The notes: generated from the letters alone by a model not told the origin. Shown: positions 38,838 to 52,310, counted from the first letter of the stretch. The stretch is DNA of 64,000 nucleotides from the human T2T-CHM13v2.0 reference genome, Homo sapiens (GCF_009914755.1 NC_060926.1); one strand, 5' to 3'. Numbers and translations are program-made.

Positions 38838-41357
38838 CTGTTGACCCTTGAACAACACAGGTTTGAACTGCATGGGTCCACTTATACGTGGATTCTCCTC
38901 AACCAAATGTGGATTGAAAATACTGTATTTGCAAGATTTGAAACCCAAATATATGAAGGACCAACTTTTGTATATACTTGGTGATATGGTTTGGCTCTGT
39001 GTCCCCACCCAAATATCTTCTTGTAGCTTCCAAAATTCCCATGTTGTGGAAGGGACCTGGTGGGAGATGACTGAATCATGGGAGTGGGTCTTTCCTGTGC
39101 TGTTCTTATGATAGTGAATGGGTCTCATGAGATCTGGTGGTTTTAAAAATGAGAGTTTCTCTGCACTAGCTCTCTTAGCCTGCTGCCATCCAAGTAAGAT
39201 ATGACTTGCTCCTACTTGCCTTCTGCCATGATTGTGAGGCCTCCACAGCCATGTGGAACTGTAAGTCCAATAAACCTCTTTCTTTTGTAAATTGCCCAGT
39301 CTCAGTTATGTCTTTATCAGCAGGTGAAAATGGACTAATGCAGTACATTGGTACCAGTAGAGTGGGGCACTGCAGAAAAGATACCCCAAAATGTGGAAGC
39401 CAATTTGGAACCAGGCAACAGGCAGAGGTTTGAACAGGTTAGAGGGCTGAAAAGACAGCAAAATGTGGGAAAGTTTGGAACTTCCTAGAGAATTGTTGAA
39501 TGGCTTTGACAAAAATGCTGAGAGTGATATGAACAATAAAGTTCAGGCTGAGGTGGTTTCAGATGGAGATGAACTTGTTCAGAACTGTAGCAAAGGTGAC
39601 TGGCAGGATTTTGCCCCTGCCCTAGAGATTTGTGGAACTTTGAACTTGAGATAAATGATTTAGGGTATCTGGCGGAAGACATATCTAAGCAACAAAACAT
39701 TCAAAATGTGACTTGGGTGTTGTCAAGGGCATTCAGTTTCAAAAGGAAAACAGAGTATAAAAGTTTGGAAAATTTGCAACCTGAAAATGCAGTAGAAAAG
39801 AAAATCCCATATTCTGAAGAGAAATTCAAGCTGGCTGCAGAAATTTGCATAAGTAATGAGGAGCCGAATGTTAATCACCAAGACAATGGGGAAAATGTCT
39901 CCAGTGCAAGTCAGAGACCTCTGCAGCAGCCCCTTCCATCACAGGCCCAGAGGCTTGAGAGGAAAAAGTGGTTTCATGGGCCAGGCCCAGAGTCCCTATG
40001 CTGTGTACAGCCTAGAGATTTGGTGCCCTGCATCCCAGGTTGGCCCCTTTCAGCTGTTCCAGATGTGGCTGAAGGGCCAACATAGAGCTCAGGCTGTGAC
40101 TTCAGAGGGTGCAAGCCTTAGGCCTTGGCAGCTTCCATGTGATGTTGAGCCCGCCAGTGCACATAAGTCAAGAATTGAGATTGGGGAACCTCTGCCTAGA
40201 TTTCAGAAGATGTATGGAAATGCCTGGATGCCCAGGCAGAAGTTTGCTGTAGAGGTGGGGTGCTCATGGAGAACCTCTGCTAGGGCAATGCAGAAGGGAA
40301 ATGTGGGGTGGAATCCTCCACACACAGTTCCTACTGGGGCACCACCTAGTGGAGCTGTGAGAAGAGGGCCACCGTCCTCCAGACCCCAGAATGGTAGATC
40401 TGCTGACAGCTTGCACTGTGCACCTGGAAAAACTGCAGATGCTCAACACCTGCCCATGAAAGCAGCTGGAAGGAGGCTGTATCCTGCAAAGCCATAAGGG
40501 CAGAGCTGTTCAAGACCATTGGAATCTACCTCTTGCATCAGCATGACCTGGATGTGAGACATGGAGTCAAAGGAGATCATTTTAAAGCTGTAAGATTTGA
40601 CTGCCCTGCTGGATTCTGGATATGCCTGGGTCCTGTAGCCCCTTTGTTTTGGCCAATTTCTCCCATTTGGGATGGCTGTATTTACCCAATTCCTGTACCC
40701 CCATTGTATCTAGGAAGTGACTAACTTGCTTTTGATTTTACAGGCTCATAGGCAGAAGGTACTTGCCTTGTCTCAGGTGAGACGTTGGACTGTGAACTTT
40801 TGAGTTAAGGCTGAAACGAGTTAAGGCTTTGGGGGACTGTTGGGAAAACATGAATGGTTTTGAAATGTGAGGACATGAGATTTGGGAGGGGCCAGGGGTG
40901 GAATGATATGGTTTGGCTCTGTGTCCCCACCCAAATCTCATTTTGTACCTCCCATAATTCCCATGCACTGTGGGAGGGACCCGGTGGAAGATGATTGAAT
41001 CATGGGGTGAGCTGTTCTTGTAACAGCAAATGGGTCTCACACAATCTGATGGTTTTAAAAATGGGAGTTTCTCTGCACAAGCTCTCTCTTAGCCTGCCGC
41101 CATCCACATAAAATATGACTTGCTCCTCCTTGCTTTCCACCATGATTGTGAGGCCTCCCCAGCCATGTGGAACTGTAAGTCCAATAAACTTCTTTATTTT
41201 GTAAATTGTCCCGTCTCAGGTATATCTTTATCAGCAGTGTGAAAACAGACTAATACACTCAGTTTCTCAAGGCTGACTTCAGGACCTGGTATATGCACAT
41301 TTTGGTATTTCACGAGAGTGGTAGAACCAATGCTGGGAGTATATCCTAGGAGAACCG
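38838..41357. mobile_element. MER8 (Tigger-derived MITE) split by THE1 #2 (38838-38981 and 41258-41357)
   Basis: ta|ctgttgacccttgaacaacacaggtttgaactgcatgggtccacttatacgtggatt...; resumes after the THE1 and ends ...gagaaccg|ta; TA TSD typical of Tc1/mariner-Tigger. Confidence 0.85.
38982..41257 (+). mobile_element. Full-length THE1 MaLR element #2 (LTRs 38982-39342 and 40904-41257)
   Basis: Two THE1 LTRs, polypurine tract ggaggggccaggggtggaa before the 3' LTR, frameshifted internal ORF pieces (39463-40724), TSD cttgg/ctcag. Confidence 0.96.
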
Positions 41358-42869
41358 TACTTTTTTTGTGGGCAAGACTGAAAACTGTCAGTTCAAAGGA
41401 GAATTATAAACATCCAGCAGAATTCAAAATTCAACACAACCATTTGAACAGGACAGGATATATTTCCTTTATAAGTTATCTGCCACATTACCAATTTACA
41501 AATACAATTATTCAATGATTACAAATTGTTCCCTTATTAGGAAAAAAATTATCTTCTCTCTGTATCAGTAGGCCATTGTTGATTTGTAGACTGCTATGGG
41601 GATCAATCAAATCTTATTTTTCTAAAATGTTAACTGTGTTTCAATATTTAATATTTCAAAAGGTGAATCAAAAGAAATCAAATATCCAAGAAATAGATTT
41701 CTTTCTTTATATCATTTAACTCACTAAAAAGAAGTGATTTTCAAAATCTACATATAATACAGTGATGGTATTTTTCAACTACTAAACATCTGAATAATCT
41801 GATTGCTAAAAATAGTATCCTTTCATTATTTATAGACATAACATAAAATAATCTTTTAAATGTTTAGGGCCAAAAATACTTCAAAGTTTTCTCACATAAT
41901 GAAACCATTATGAAATTTCTACATTTGAATGTCTCTTTCAAAAACATAGTTTTATAAGATTAGGCACTTAGAACTACTTAGGACAAATTTAAATGGATTT
42001 ATATTTCTACACTAACTGTAAACTTCCTTTTCAGTCTATGTCCTGATAATGATGCATCTGCTACATATATATTACTGGAACTCTTTGAATGTCATTGCTA
42101 GTTCAGAGAAATGTGATTGTCACTTTTTAGTGGCTGTTCTAAAAAGATATTATGTCTTGCGTTCCAACAGTATGCTTAGCACCATAAAAAGCTTTTTGAA
42201 TTCTCTTATTTCCTCAATAACTGCACAGGTAAATCTCTTACAGCTATTCATGATATTACTGATATTACTGTTTTTTAATTTTTTGGAGAGTACTACCTCA
42301 AATTTGAGACCAAACAGTATATTTTTTTAACAATATGCACACATTCAGATTTTTCAATGCCTTCCAAAATTCTAGTGTGATCATGCATACTTAATCTTTT
42401 TTTTCACAACAATTTCCAACACTACAATGGACCAGTCTCATGGTTTTTGGCACATCCTGCACCTATTCCTGTTTCTAAAATATTCCCTATGCTCCTCTTT
42501 TCGGATGGAACATCAGTTTTCTTTAGCTCTTTAGCTCTAATTATTAATACTGTATTATTCTAAGTTAAGTCAAACTGAACTTTTCAAAACCTTCAGAAGA
42601 CTATAGCACATAGTAATCCTGAAATTCTCTGAAAATTCTATTGTACATACAGTCTTCAATATCACATAAGTTCACAATATATTTTTTTTAAATGTCCAGT
42701 TTGTCTGTTATACACCTACAAGTAGATTATAAATTTCTGGTGAATAAAGGCAAAGACTGCTAATTCATTATTTGTTGTCACCCATACCCAACCAAGATAT
42801 AATTAGCTGTAAGCCCTCATACTGCTTCAAATAAAGTAAAGATTATGTTCTTACAACACATCTATCTGG

Positions 42870-43330
42870 AAAATAGTGCCAGCCTCTCTGTGCTTCTTCA
42901 CCCAGTAACTGGCCTATCATCATTAGCTTTGAGGTGAAAAAAAAATACGTGCCTTATTTGAGGAACCTATTTTCTGCTTACTCCAACTACGTGATTAAAA
43001 TAAGGATTGCCTATCATAGGACCAACTCCTCCCAGCCACACATACAGTTTTACAATGAGACCTGGGCCAATCAGAGACCTTCTCTGAGGTTTTCCAAATT
43101 GGAATTAAGGGAAGAAGAGAACCTTATTCTTTGAATGGCAAAGTTAAGAAGATATGAGACTGGAAGATGTTGGCAGCTATTGTCCAACTTTGTAGAGTTA
43201 ATCTGTGAGAATAACACTAACACATGGTGAAAAGCATAGATAGATGAGAAGGAAGAAGAGTGGTTTCTGGATTTTCTAGTTCCTGTTTCAGTTATTTCTG
43301 AGGTCCCGAAATGTCTTTGCCCGTTATTAG
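42870..43330 (+). mobile_element. Ancient ERVL LTR (LTR16/LTR33-like)
   Basis: gacctgggccaatcagagaccttctctgagg...gatatgagactggaagatgttggcagctattgtcc...ttcctgtttcagttatttctgagg; boundaries approximate. Confidence 0.55.
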
Positions 43331-44889
43331 CTGGGTAACTTCAACCCTTTGGGGGAATATACACTAAAGGGCTAACAATCTAAAAGAAGAGATTATGGAT
43401 TATCTCAATGTATTTCTTTTTTATTGTGGTCTTTTCCTAAATTTAATTCAAGGAACATTTCTTTAAAAAGAAGCAGATACCAATAAAAGCTATCAATTAA
43501 CATGTAAATTACATTACTATTTATAAGTAAAATAGTGTAATAGATCAAACTAATACTCTTTCCTACAACTAACCTAGATGCTTTATAAAGTATGGAAAGA
43601 CAAGAAAATACTACACAGGACCTAGACAAGAATAACAACATTCATGTGAATCTTTGCTATGATTAACATAACTCAAACATGAGAGAGAATGAGGGCAACT
43701 ACTTTGCCTTCAACCCAATGTTTTGGCTAGAGACATATTTCACAAAGAAAATATGATTGAAGTGGTGCCTTTGTCTGTAACAGTAACCTTCATTCTTGAA
43801 TCAAAATTAATATCTTACAATCCATTTCATATTGGAGAAATGTTCTAACTGGTTTTTAGAAATATTTTATTACTTAAATAGTATTGTGCTCATTGTCTAT
43901 GTTCATCAACAAACTTCTAAGAAAGAGACTCTTTGCAGAGTCTTTAGCCTTTAATCTTAAAATATCCCTGCCAACTAGACAAATAGAAATCCATTAATAC
44001 AGAAATACAATAATCTACTATAATTAAGAAATTGTCCAAAATATTCTTGCAATTGCTATTACTATGATTACTACAACCAATAAATCGAGATCTCTGCAAC
44101 ATTGAAAATTAAGTATGATCTATCCAATGCCTTCAATTTTACTTTCTAGAGCAGTCCTTTCTTATCCATCTGTGCAAAGAAACAACCTAGCTTATTTTAG
44201 TGGATAAGACCAGATTGTTTTTAAAATCTGTTACTATAATATAAATGAAAACGCACAACTTTCTAAAAATAATCTATTCCTTTTTGCACTTATTGCTGTT
44301 GTTATTAGTTCTGGAACAAAAATCATAAAGAAGATTCAAAGTTACATTTTGCATATGTAAATTATTTTGCAGGTAATTTGTTAATGCTAATAACACTGCT
44401 ATAGTATATTTAATAATAATTGTTTTCTGTTTTGATGACAGCCAAAAGCAAATCTAGATTATATTTACCAAATTATCCAGTCAGTTAACAAGAAAATGAA
44501 AGGTTTTAACACCTGTTGTTTGTCACCTCCTCTGACTCAAATTAGGGGCAATGTCACAAGTACTTGAAATTCTCTCATACTTAAGTAAGTAACATCTATT
44601 TTCTGTAATAAAAATTAGGAAATCCATTTGTAAATCAACTATCATTTTATAACTAGTTGTAACTTATTAAATATTTAATCATGCAAAATCCAACACATCA
44701 TCAATCAAATATGTTCAACATAAATTAATAGTGTTCATGCTTCTCAATTGTGGTTTGTTCAATAAATGAGTATAGTACATTATAAAATGTGTATCTATAA
44801 ATATTCTTTATTATTCAACTTTCCTACTAAAAGGAAGAGACCCAGGAGAGAGAGGACACTAAAAATGCACTGAAACCTAAAATATATTG

Positions 44890-45060
44890 GCACAACAACC
44901 TTTTACCATAGACGTTATTATCTCCATTTACAATTAGGGAAATAGAGGCTCAAGAAATGTAAATAAATTGCCCCCAATTGCACAGCTAGAAAGTAATATA
45001 GCTTATTTGAATCCAGATGTACGTGGCTCTTAAGCCTTTCTTTTCTTTTTTGCTATTGCT
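44890..45060 (-). mobile_element. MIR
   Basis: attatatctccatttaca...gaaatagaggctcaagaaatgtaaataaattgccc...cacagctagaaagt...atttgaatccag. Confidence 0.75.
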
Positions 45061-45215
45061 TCCTGACTTCTCATACTCCTTACAAATAGACAGATAATAA
45101 AAAGTTATTAAGCAATTTGAGATGTTTTGAGTTCCATATTAAAAAAAAAACCTACCTTAAGTAATTCTTAATGAAGGCAAATGCAGAGAGGTAGAAAGTA
45201 TATAATTGGAAAGAG

Positions 45216-45445
45216 CGGTACTTCTCAAACTATCTACACGTAAAGGAATAGTTTGTTTTAGTTTGAAACTGCTACTCTACAACACTTTTTAAATATAGTA
45301 AAAATAAATTACTAGAAAAAATGTCATGTGTTTGCATGTTATAACAATGTCAAACTTATATAAAATTTCCTAAATAGTCTCAATTTTAGTACTTATATCA
45401 TAGAAGAGCAGCACCAATCTGTGGTCCATACTTTCAGTAATACTG
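45216..45445. mobile_element. hAT-Charlie-type MITE
   Basis: Degenerate terminal inverted repeats cggtacttctcaaactat / atactttcagtaatactg. Confidence 0.5.
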
Positions 45446-47426
45446 AGCTATATGATGAATGAGAATAAGCCAATAATGTTAACGTATATTAGCTTGTATA
45501 TTAAAAGTATATTATGCATCTAGCTTTTATTGAAATAAAAAGTGATTCCTATCCCCCAAACAATTGTTGCAAATTCTTCTTACTTCATTAAGCTGCTGTT
45601 CATGCTAATTTAGTATGAAAAAACACAAAGGTCTGTTTAAGAAAGTTGAATATAGAATAAAATGTATACTGTCTTAATAAACCAGGTAGAGAGAAAAAAT
45701 GGAGACCTGTCAATTCTGATGATGTTCATTTTTGTTTTGATTTTATATATATTATTGTTAATAAGCATTAACATTGCTAATTAATTTTGAATATGGTTTA
45801 TTATTATTCTGTAGTTAAAATCATTTCATCTTTCTGACAGGCTCGGGGGTGTGAATTATTCTTACTGAATATATTGATAATCACTGCAATGGGAAAATAA
45901 GATGACTACTGTTGTCTTTATCCTTTCTGTCAAAGCTGGCACATAAAAAGAGGTTTCCACACTTGCCATTTTCCAAAACATGGCAGCAGTTCATAATACA
46001 TCCCTAACTGCATTTTGACAAAGTGAAAATTTGTTTTACATCATAAGATCTGGGCAATGATTCTAGGAAAAAAGTGCCAATTAAATGAAGAAAACAGAAA
46101 AACATGAAATAGATTTTTCCCATAGCATAGTAAGTAGCTTTGTATATCATACTACATAACAACACTGTGATTCAATTTTTAATTTTCTTTTTCAAATGTT
46201 ACTAACCATAGAGTATACTTTAACAACAATGCATATGGTAATGAGATCAGTATTTACTGGTTACCTTAAATAATTATCCATTTTTTATAACTTTGGAATA
46301 AAACTATCTTATTAATTTTGGTATATGGATAAAACTACAGCTTACTGATATTGGAATCTTCATTTATTTCATATTTTCTTTTTCTCAGAGTTCATAAGAT
46401 ATCTAATATGAGTTTATGGTAAAGTTTTGAATTAACCAAATAGCATCCATCAAAATCTATGCAGAGCTATATTATGAAAATAACCTTTCATGACAACATG
46501 AAATTTAACCATTATATGTTTTAATATCCATATTAATCCTGAATAGGAAAAAAGGTGGCTTTGACAAGTACTTCATAATAGCTAACAAAATTCAACCAAT
46601 TGTAGAAAATTCCTTAAAATTATACTTTGATAGTGAAATACAATATTAAAGTTTGAAAATCATAAAATAGATAACGAACACTTTTTTCAGTTATTTTGTA
46701 GATGACACTATTTCCACTTGATTGTCCCAAATAAAGAAAATAGTAAATTTGAGATGATACAGAAGCCAATTAATGGACCAATATGACTCAAAAAATACAG
46801 GCAAAATAGTGATTTTTTTTTTTTTAGTATTTGCTCAGTGATGTCACAAATATGGTACTTTGCAAATAGGGGTCCAGTAAATGATTGTTTAATTGAAACA
46901 TTTTAATATAGGAGGCATAAACGAGTAATAAGGTTCAAAGTAGCTATTTTCTGGTTACTGAAGTGACACTGACTGTGCCTGTCTCACACTGGTATTAACT
47001 TCATATTGTGTTGGCAGAGAAAAGCTTTAACTGATGTTAGTATTACTGAAATGGCCAGCATGGTATGGTATTAGTATGTCTCAGAAGCCAAAAAAATAAC
47101 GTGGCACAGAAACAACTTGTCCCAAGCTTCAAGGGGGGCATGGGCTTTGGAGACCTGTATTCTGTATTAAAGGCTTCTATGAATAAACTTTCTGAGAGTC
47201 TTGAGGTTCCTGAAGGTTTTGTCCTTGTCTTGCTCCTCCTCTCCGTCTTTTTGACCCACTCATCTACTTTATAATTTCCACATCCACAAGACTCTCTAGC
47301 CTTAGTCTCTCCTAACACAGTCAAGTTCTTATGTTGGGTAGGCATTTCCAATAGAATACTCCAGAGATATCTTAAAATAAACTTGCCAAAACATAAACTA
47401 ATCACCATTTCCTGACACCCGGCCAT

Positions 47427-47429
<3 letters not shown>

Positions 47430-47462
<33 letters not shown>

Positions 47463-47664
47463 TCAAGACAAGGTCTTGCTCTATTGTCCTTCAACCTCCT
47501 GATGGGCTCAAGGATTCCTAGCAGCTCAGCCTCCAGAGTAGCAGGGACCACTGGCTCACACCTCCATGCCCAACTATTGGTCTCAAACTCCTGGCCTTAA
47601 AAGGTCCTCCCGCTTAGGCTTTCCCAAACTGCTGGAATCACAGGTTTGAGCCACCACAATGGGA
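47430..47664 (-). mobile_element. Highly diverged, internally deleted AluJ-like element with a T33 tail, inserted in L2
   Basis: Right-arm and left-arm Alu segments recognisable, linker absent; TSD CCATTCT (47423-47429 / 47665-47671). Confidence 0.8.
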
Positions 47665-47797
47665 CCATTCTCCATCTTATAGCCTCTATTTCTGTTGGTT
47701 GCGTCAATATCACCTAAGCCCTCAAGTAGAAAGCTTACAAATCTCAATTCTTCTTTCTTCATAGTCTACATCTCCAACTTACTACTAGCACCTCTAG

Positions 47798-47976
47798 CTA
47801 TGCCAGCTTTATAGACAGGCAACCTGTGCAGTCACACAGAGTCCCTTGCTTGGAAGGGTCCAGTGCTTCTCTGTGCTCTCAGTTGTTCTCTGCTCTGCAG
47901 TCATCATGAATCACTTCTTAACAAGAAGCTCTGCATTTTCTTGCACGAGGCCCTGCAAATTACAGAGCCAGTCCCG
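47798..47976. mobile_element. MER91A-like (hAT-Tip100) MITE
   Basis: gccagcttt...caacctgtgcagtcacacag...tgcattttcttgcacgaggccctgcaaatta...gccagtccc matches the recalled MER91A consensus. Confidence 0.75.
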
Positions 47977-48459
47977 TCTCCCATGTCCTTCATCCTCTGT
48001 AAAATATGTGTTAGCCTCTAATCATGCCATTAAATTTCTCACTTCCCTATCTTTGTGTTCATTTTCCCTCTGCTGAGAATGTTCCATTTGCTGATCAAAT
48101 CCTCAAATACACATTTCTGGTGCCACCTCCTCCAGCAAGCCTTCTCTGCATAATTAAGCTAGGTTAAGCACTCACATAATAATTCTATCATTTCAATTAT
48201 AAGAATATGCTATTATTACCTACTCATGAATCTCTTTCATTCTATGAGGGGAAGAAGTAGGAATTATTTCACAACTAAGCTAGTGACATGCAAAAAACAC
48301 ACAATTATGTGTTATTGTATGAATGAATAACATGATGAAAAAATAATATAACTCTGCTATTAAGTCTTATGAATTAGAACAAAAGTTATTGGGGTTTTAT
48401 TTTTTATTTAAAAGAAAATAATAATAATAATTGTATTACCAATTCTATATCCTAAACAG

Positions 48460-48774
48460 TTTTGGTATCTATCCACTTCTCCCTAGTCCCTTCTTTACCC
48501 TTACTCAGTCCAATCACTTTCATCTCTGAACTATATTATTGTAATGGACTCTCTTGCCTTCCCCCAGTCCTTTCCCCACAATACAGCAAGAGGGATCTTT
48601 TGAAATACAAATCAGACTGTGTACCCATAGCAATTATTCTTTGCCTATATCCTCCATATTTCAGCTTAAATATTACTTCCTCAGTGATGCCTGGAAAAGT
48701 TACTTAGCCCCATAAATTAAAACATGCCACATCCCCACCAAACACACATACATACTCTCTCTCTCTCTCTCTGT

Positions 48775-48805
<31 letters not shown>

Positions 48806-49000
48806 TTAATGACTTTCATTGCATTTTCTCTTTTTAACATTTAGCTGACTTTGTAATTTATAAATTTAATAACTTAATAAAGTTTGTCTCCCTCACTAGA
48901 GCAAAAACTTTAAGTTAGGAATTATGTCTACTTGGCTTGCTAGTCTATCACTAGTATACCTAGCAGATAGTAGGTGTCAAAAAACATTTTGTCAAATTAA
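48460..49000 (+). mobile_element. L2 fragments with embedded (CT)n(CA)n microsatellite (48755-48803)
   Basis: atacagcaagagggatcttttgaaatacaaatcagactgtg; tcagcttaaatattacttcctcagtgatgcc; cctagcagatagtaggtgtcaaaaaacatttt. Confidence 0.7.
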
Positions 49001-49574
49001 TGTACATAGCAGTATTAGGTAAACACACGGCATAGAAATTTTAAAAAACTCAAAAATGTACATATCCTGATGTCAAAATATTATTCTCTCTACCCTCTTC
49101 AATATAATGGTTTATGTTGGTTATACTGATTCATGGTACTTCATATTGCATTGAATGAAACTGCAACTATTTTAGGTATTTCTGAAGATTTCTAAAAATT
49201 ATTAGGTAGTGTCTTTGTTTAGATTGTATGTCTCAGTTTTTCCCTGAAGACGCTATTGAGCAGATGAGAATTTAAGGGAACTAATGCCAAAGGTACCAAA
49301 CAAAACTTTATGAAGAGTAAATACTACTTTCCTCATATATACATTAACACAAATTAAAAAGTTTTATAACTATGCAACTGGGATCCATAAAAATATTTTC
49401 CTATATCAAACTGGGCTTCAAACATTATTTTTAAGTATATACCCTCAAGACAGCCACTTGAGCATACAATAACTCTTGCATCATCACGAAGCAAAACCAA
49501 AAGACAATACCACTCTAGCAGTCTATATAGAATTATGAAGATCTTATTAACTATTTTTAGCTTCTGTTCTTTTC

Positions 49575-49768
49575 ATAATGGCCTTTGGAACATTGATTCT
49601 TCCACATTCTAACTGCCTAAGCGTCAGTTTCCTCATCTATAAAATGGTATAGTAATGGTACCCACATCATAGTGTAATTAAAAAGATTAAATGAAATGAT
49701 CTATGTGAAACACTTAGCATAATGTTTGCCAACTTGTGAGTATCCAATAAATCTGAACAATAATAACT
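49575..49768 (+). mobile_element. MIR
   Basis: tcagtttcctcatctataaaatgg...gattaaatgaaatgatctatgtgaaacacttagca. Confidence 0.85.
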
Positions 49769-50879
49769 ACTCAAAACTTCATTAGGGTCTAGAAATCACA
49801 GAAATAGAAATAAAAATGACAAAGTAGTACAAAGGTCTAGCTGGAAGGCAAAACTCAAAGATTAAAGAGTGTCTGTGTCTGTCAGGCAGTTTTACTGGTT
49901 CTCATTAGCTACTTTCTGGCACGTTTTTCTTCCTATACTTCTGCCACTTTGATAGCCAGGCAAAATTACACCTCCAATGTAATCAGATAAGGAATGCGAA
50001 AGGAACCGTTACAATTAATCTGACTGAAAAGTAGACACGGACGATAAATGTGCAGTACACCCTCAGGACCACAAACACTTTACATTTATCTGTATTTATC
50101 CACATGTCAATTAAGGAACCAACTTGCTGTAAGTCTTTTAATAAGAAGTATTCATTTCCAACTAAAGTTGCCAAATTCCTATAATTCAAATCTGTATTTG
50201 CTGGTGACTTTTAAATGATAAGAAAACATGTTTTTAAAAGCAATGTTCCCTTCTTGAATATTTCCACTTTATTGCTTTTGAATCGCTCAAGTTGAAATGA
50301 GACAATTAAATGCTGTGTCTTTTTTTGTTCAGAGGCGAGATGAAGGTAATTTGCTGCTTCATGCATCTGTTTCCTCATCAGCACAGTGAGGACTAGGCTA
50401 ATTAGGGGATGAAAACAATATGGTCATATGGATAGGCCAGATTGCTTGTCACTCAGTTATTCAATATGTGGGCTCTGTTTTGAGGACAGGAAACAGATAA
50501 TGATTCTCTGGCATCTCTCTTGCAATGTGTGAAAAGAAAGAACAGGGAAGTGTTCAGATGTTTACCTGCTTATTTTTAGCCTTCATCCTAGAAATAATCT
50601 TATTGGGCTGTGTCATTCATTTTGTCTTTACAAGAATAATCTTTATTAGAAAGCTTTGACCATGGCCAGTAACATCCAAAGAGAATGCAAGAACCCAATC
50701 AACTAACTTGAGTTCTGTTCAACTCATTCAAGTTCATTATTCTGTAATATTCTATGGGCCAGAAAAATTTTGTCCAAACACAAGTAAATGTGCCCCAATT
50801 TCAGAAAGTCTAATTTACCTAAATAGATTTAGCAAGAAAAAAATTAACATTTGAAAGTATGAGATTAATTACAGAGCTT

Positions 50880-51350
50880 GTACCAGGCATGTTTTCTGGT
50901 ACCAGTCTGTCCTCAGTCATTTATAACGGGGAGAATTCAGACTCAAGGACAGCCTTTCCCAGGCCTGGCTTGGAAAGGTGAATTAGTACAACTAGATTCT
51001 CTTTCAGCTATTTGAACTACGAAATCCCAAAGAAAGTTGAAAATATGCATTGAGAGTTTCATAGGTAAGCACAAGCAAAAGTTATGAATAAATATAAAAT
51101 ATAAGTGAGCGAGAGTATTCAGTGATAGAAGTCTAGAACAGATGCACAGAAATAAGCAGAAACATTCTGAGACAGAGAGAGAGATGAGGAAAGGGAAAGA
51201 ACAATTCCTATTTCTGAAAGCTTTAGGTTCCCATTGTCCTGAAAGTTCCAGGTCCCTGATGCCAGGAAGCCTATAAATATCAGTTCCAATGGGCCTGACC
51301 ATTCTGGATGCCCTATCTTTGAATTTTCCAGAGACCACTGTCTCTCTTAT
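50880..51350 (+). mobile_element. Probable ancient ERVL LTR remnant
   Basis: ctagattctctttcagctatttgaact...gagacagagagagag...gttccaggtccctgatgcc, LTR33/LTR41-like composition; family uncertain. Confidence 0.35.
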
Positions 51351-51924
51351 TAATAATATCATAACCTAAATGCCACCAAGACCTCCAACTGGATAAGGTC
51401 ACCAGTTTCTCAAAAGATAAGTAAAAACTGGCTGACATACCTTCATCTCAAATATTGTCAGAGACTCTGCATCTCTCCCCAAATCTCCAAAGATGAGTTT
51501 GTGGGCAGGAATGATGATTTAGCTTGTCTTCTTCAGCTCTGGCTTTGGGTTCCCACTTTTCCTACATTCTCTAACTGCACCCTAAATTTCACTTACAGCA
51601 TTGCTATGCTTTTGTTGTATCATTATTGCCCCACTGGGCACTATGCCAAGCCCTTCATTCCACAAAGTGTCATATATTTAGGGATGTTTGTATGGCTGAC
51701 TCTATTAAAATCTGGAACCAGAATGATTGTTACATTACAGCCAATAACTTCAATGCCAGGCATCCCTATTCTTAAAATTTCTCAGTCATTCTTATCATAA
51801 AGGAACTTCTATTCATTATCTTCTCTACTTAAGCCCCATCTTCCTGCCATGTTGACAGACTCCCTTTATCTCCCCTGATTGCCTCTTTAAAGCCCCCAAT
51901 TCCTTATAGATCTCTTAGAGCTAC

Positions 51925-51955
<31 letters not shown>

Positions 51956-52084
51956 ATAGCCACCCAGGCTATGACCAGGGCATCCTATACTTGTAAACCA
52001 TGAAGGATACCAATTAAACCATGCTCTGAAACATAGTACCTTGTACCCCCAAGAGGAATTCTTAATTTGCAATTTAAGAAAAGC

Positions 52085-52310
52085 AACTTTTTATAAACAC
52101 AAGAGCACCCAATATTGAGTACTTACTGTGCGCCGAGCACTACGCTTGAAAGTCATTAACTCATTAAATTCCTCTCTCTCTCTTAGTATGAAGGTTCTAT
52201 TAACATCCCTACTTTAATGATTAAAATTTGTGTGCAGCTCACAATATTAGGAAGTAACAGCATCTGAACTAGAACCAAAATATCCACTCACAATCACCGT
52301 AATTCTGCCT
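52085..52310 (-). mobile_element. Degraded MIR
   Basis: tattgagtacttactgtgcgccgagcactacgct...attaactcattaaattcctc. Confidence 0.6.

Noticed and set aside
39463-40724. Long ORFs of 151 and 213 aa in THE1 #2 as a novel gene
   Set aside because: They are frameshifted pieces of the known THE1 internal ORF, with homologous fragments in THE1 #1.
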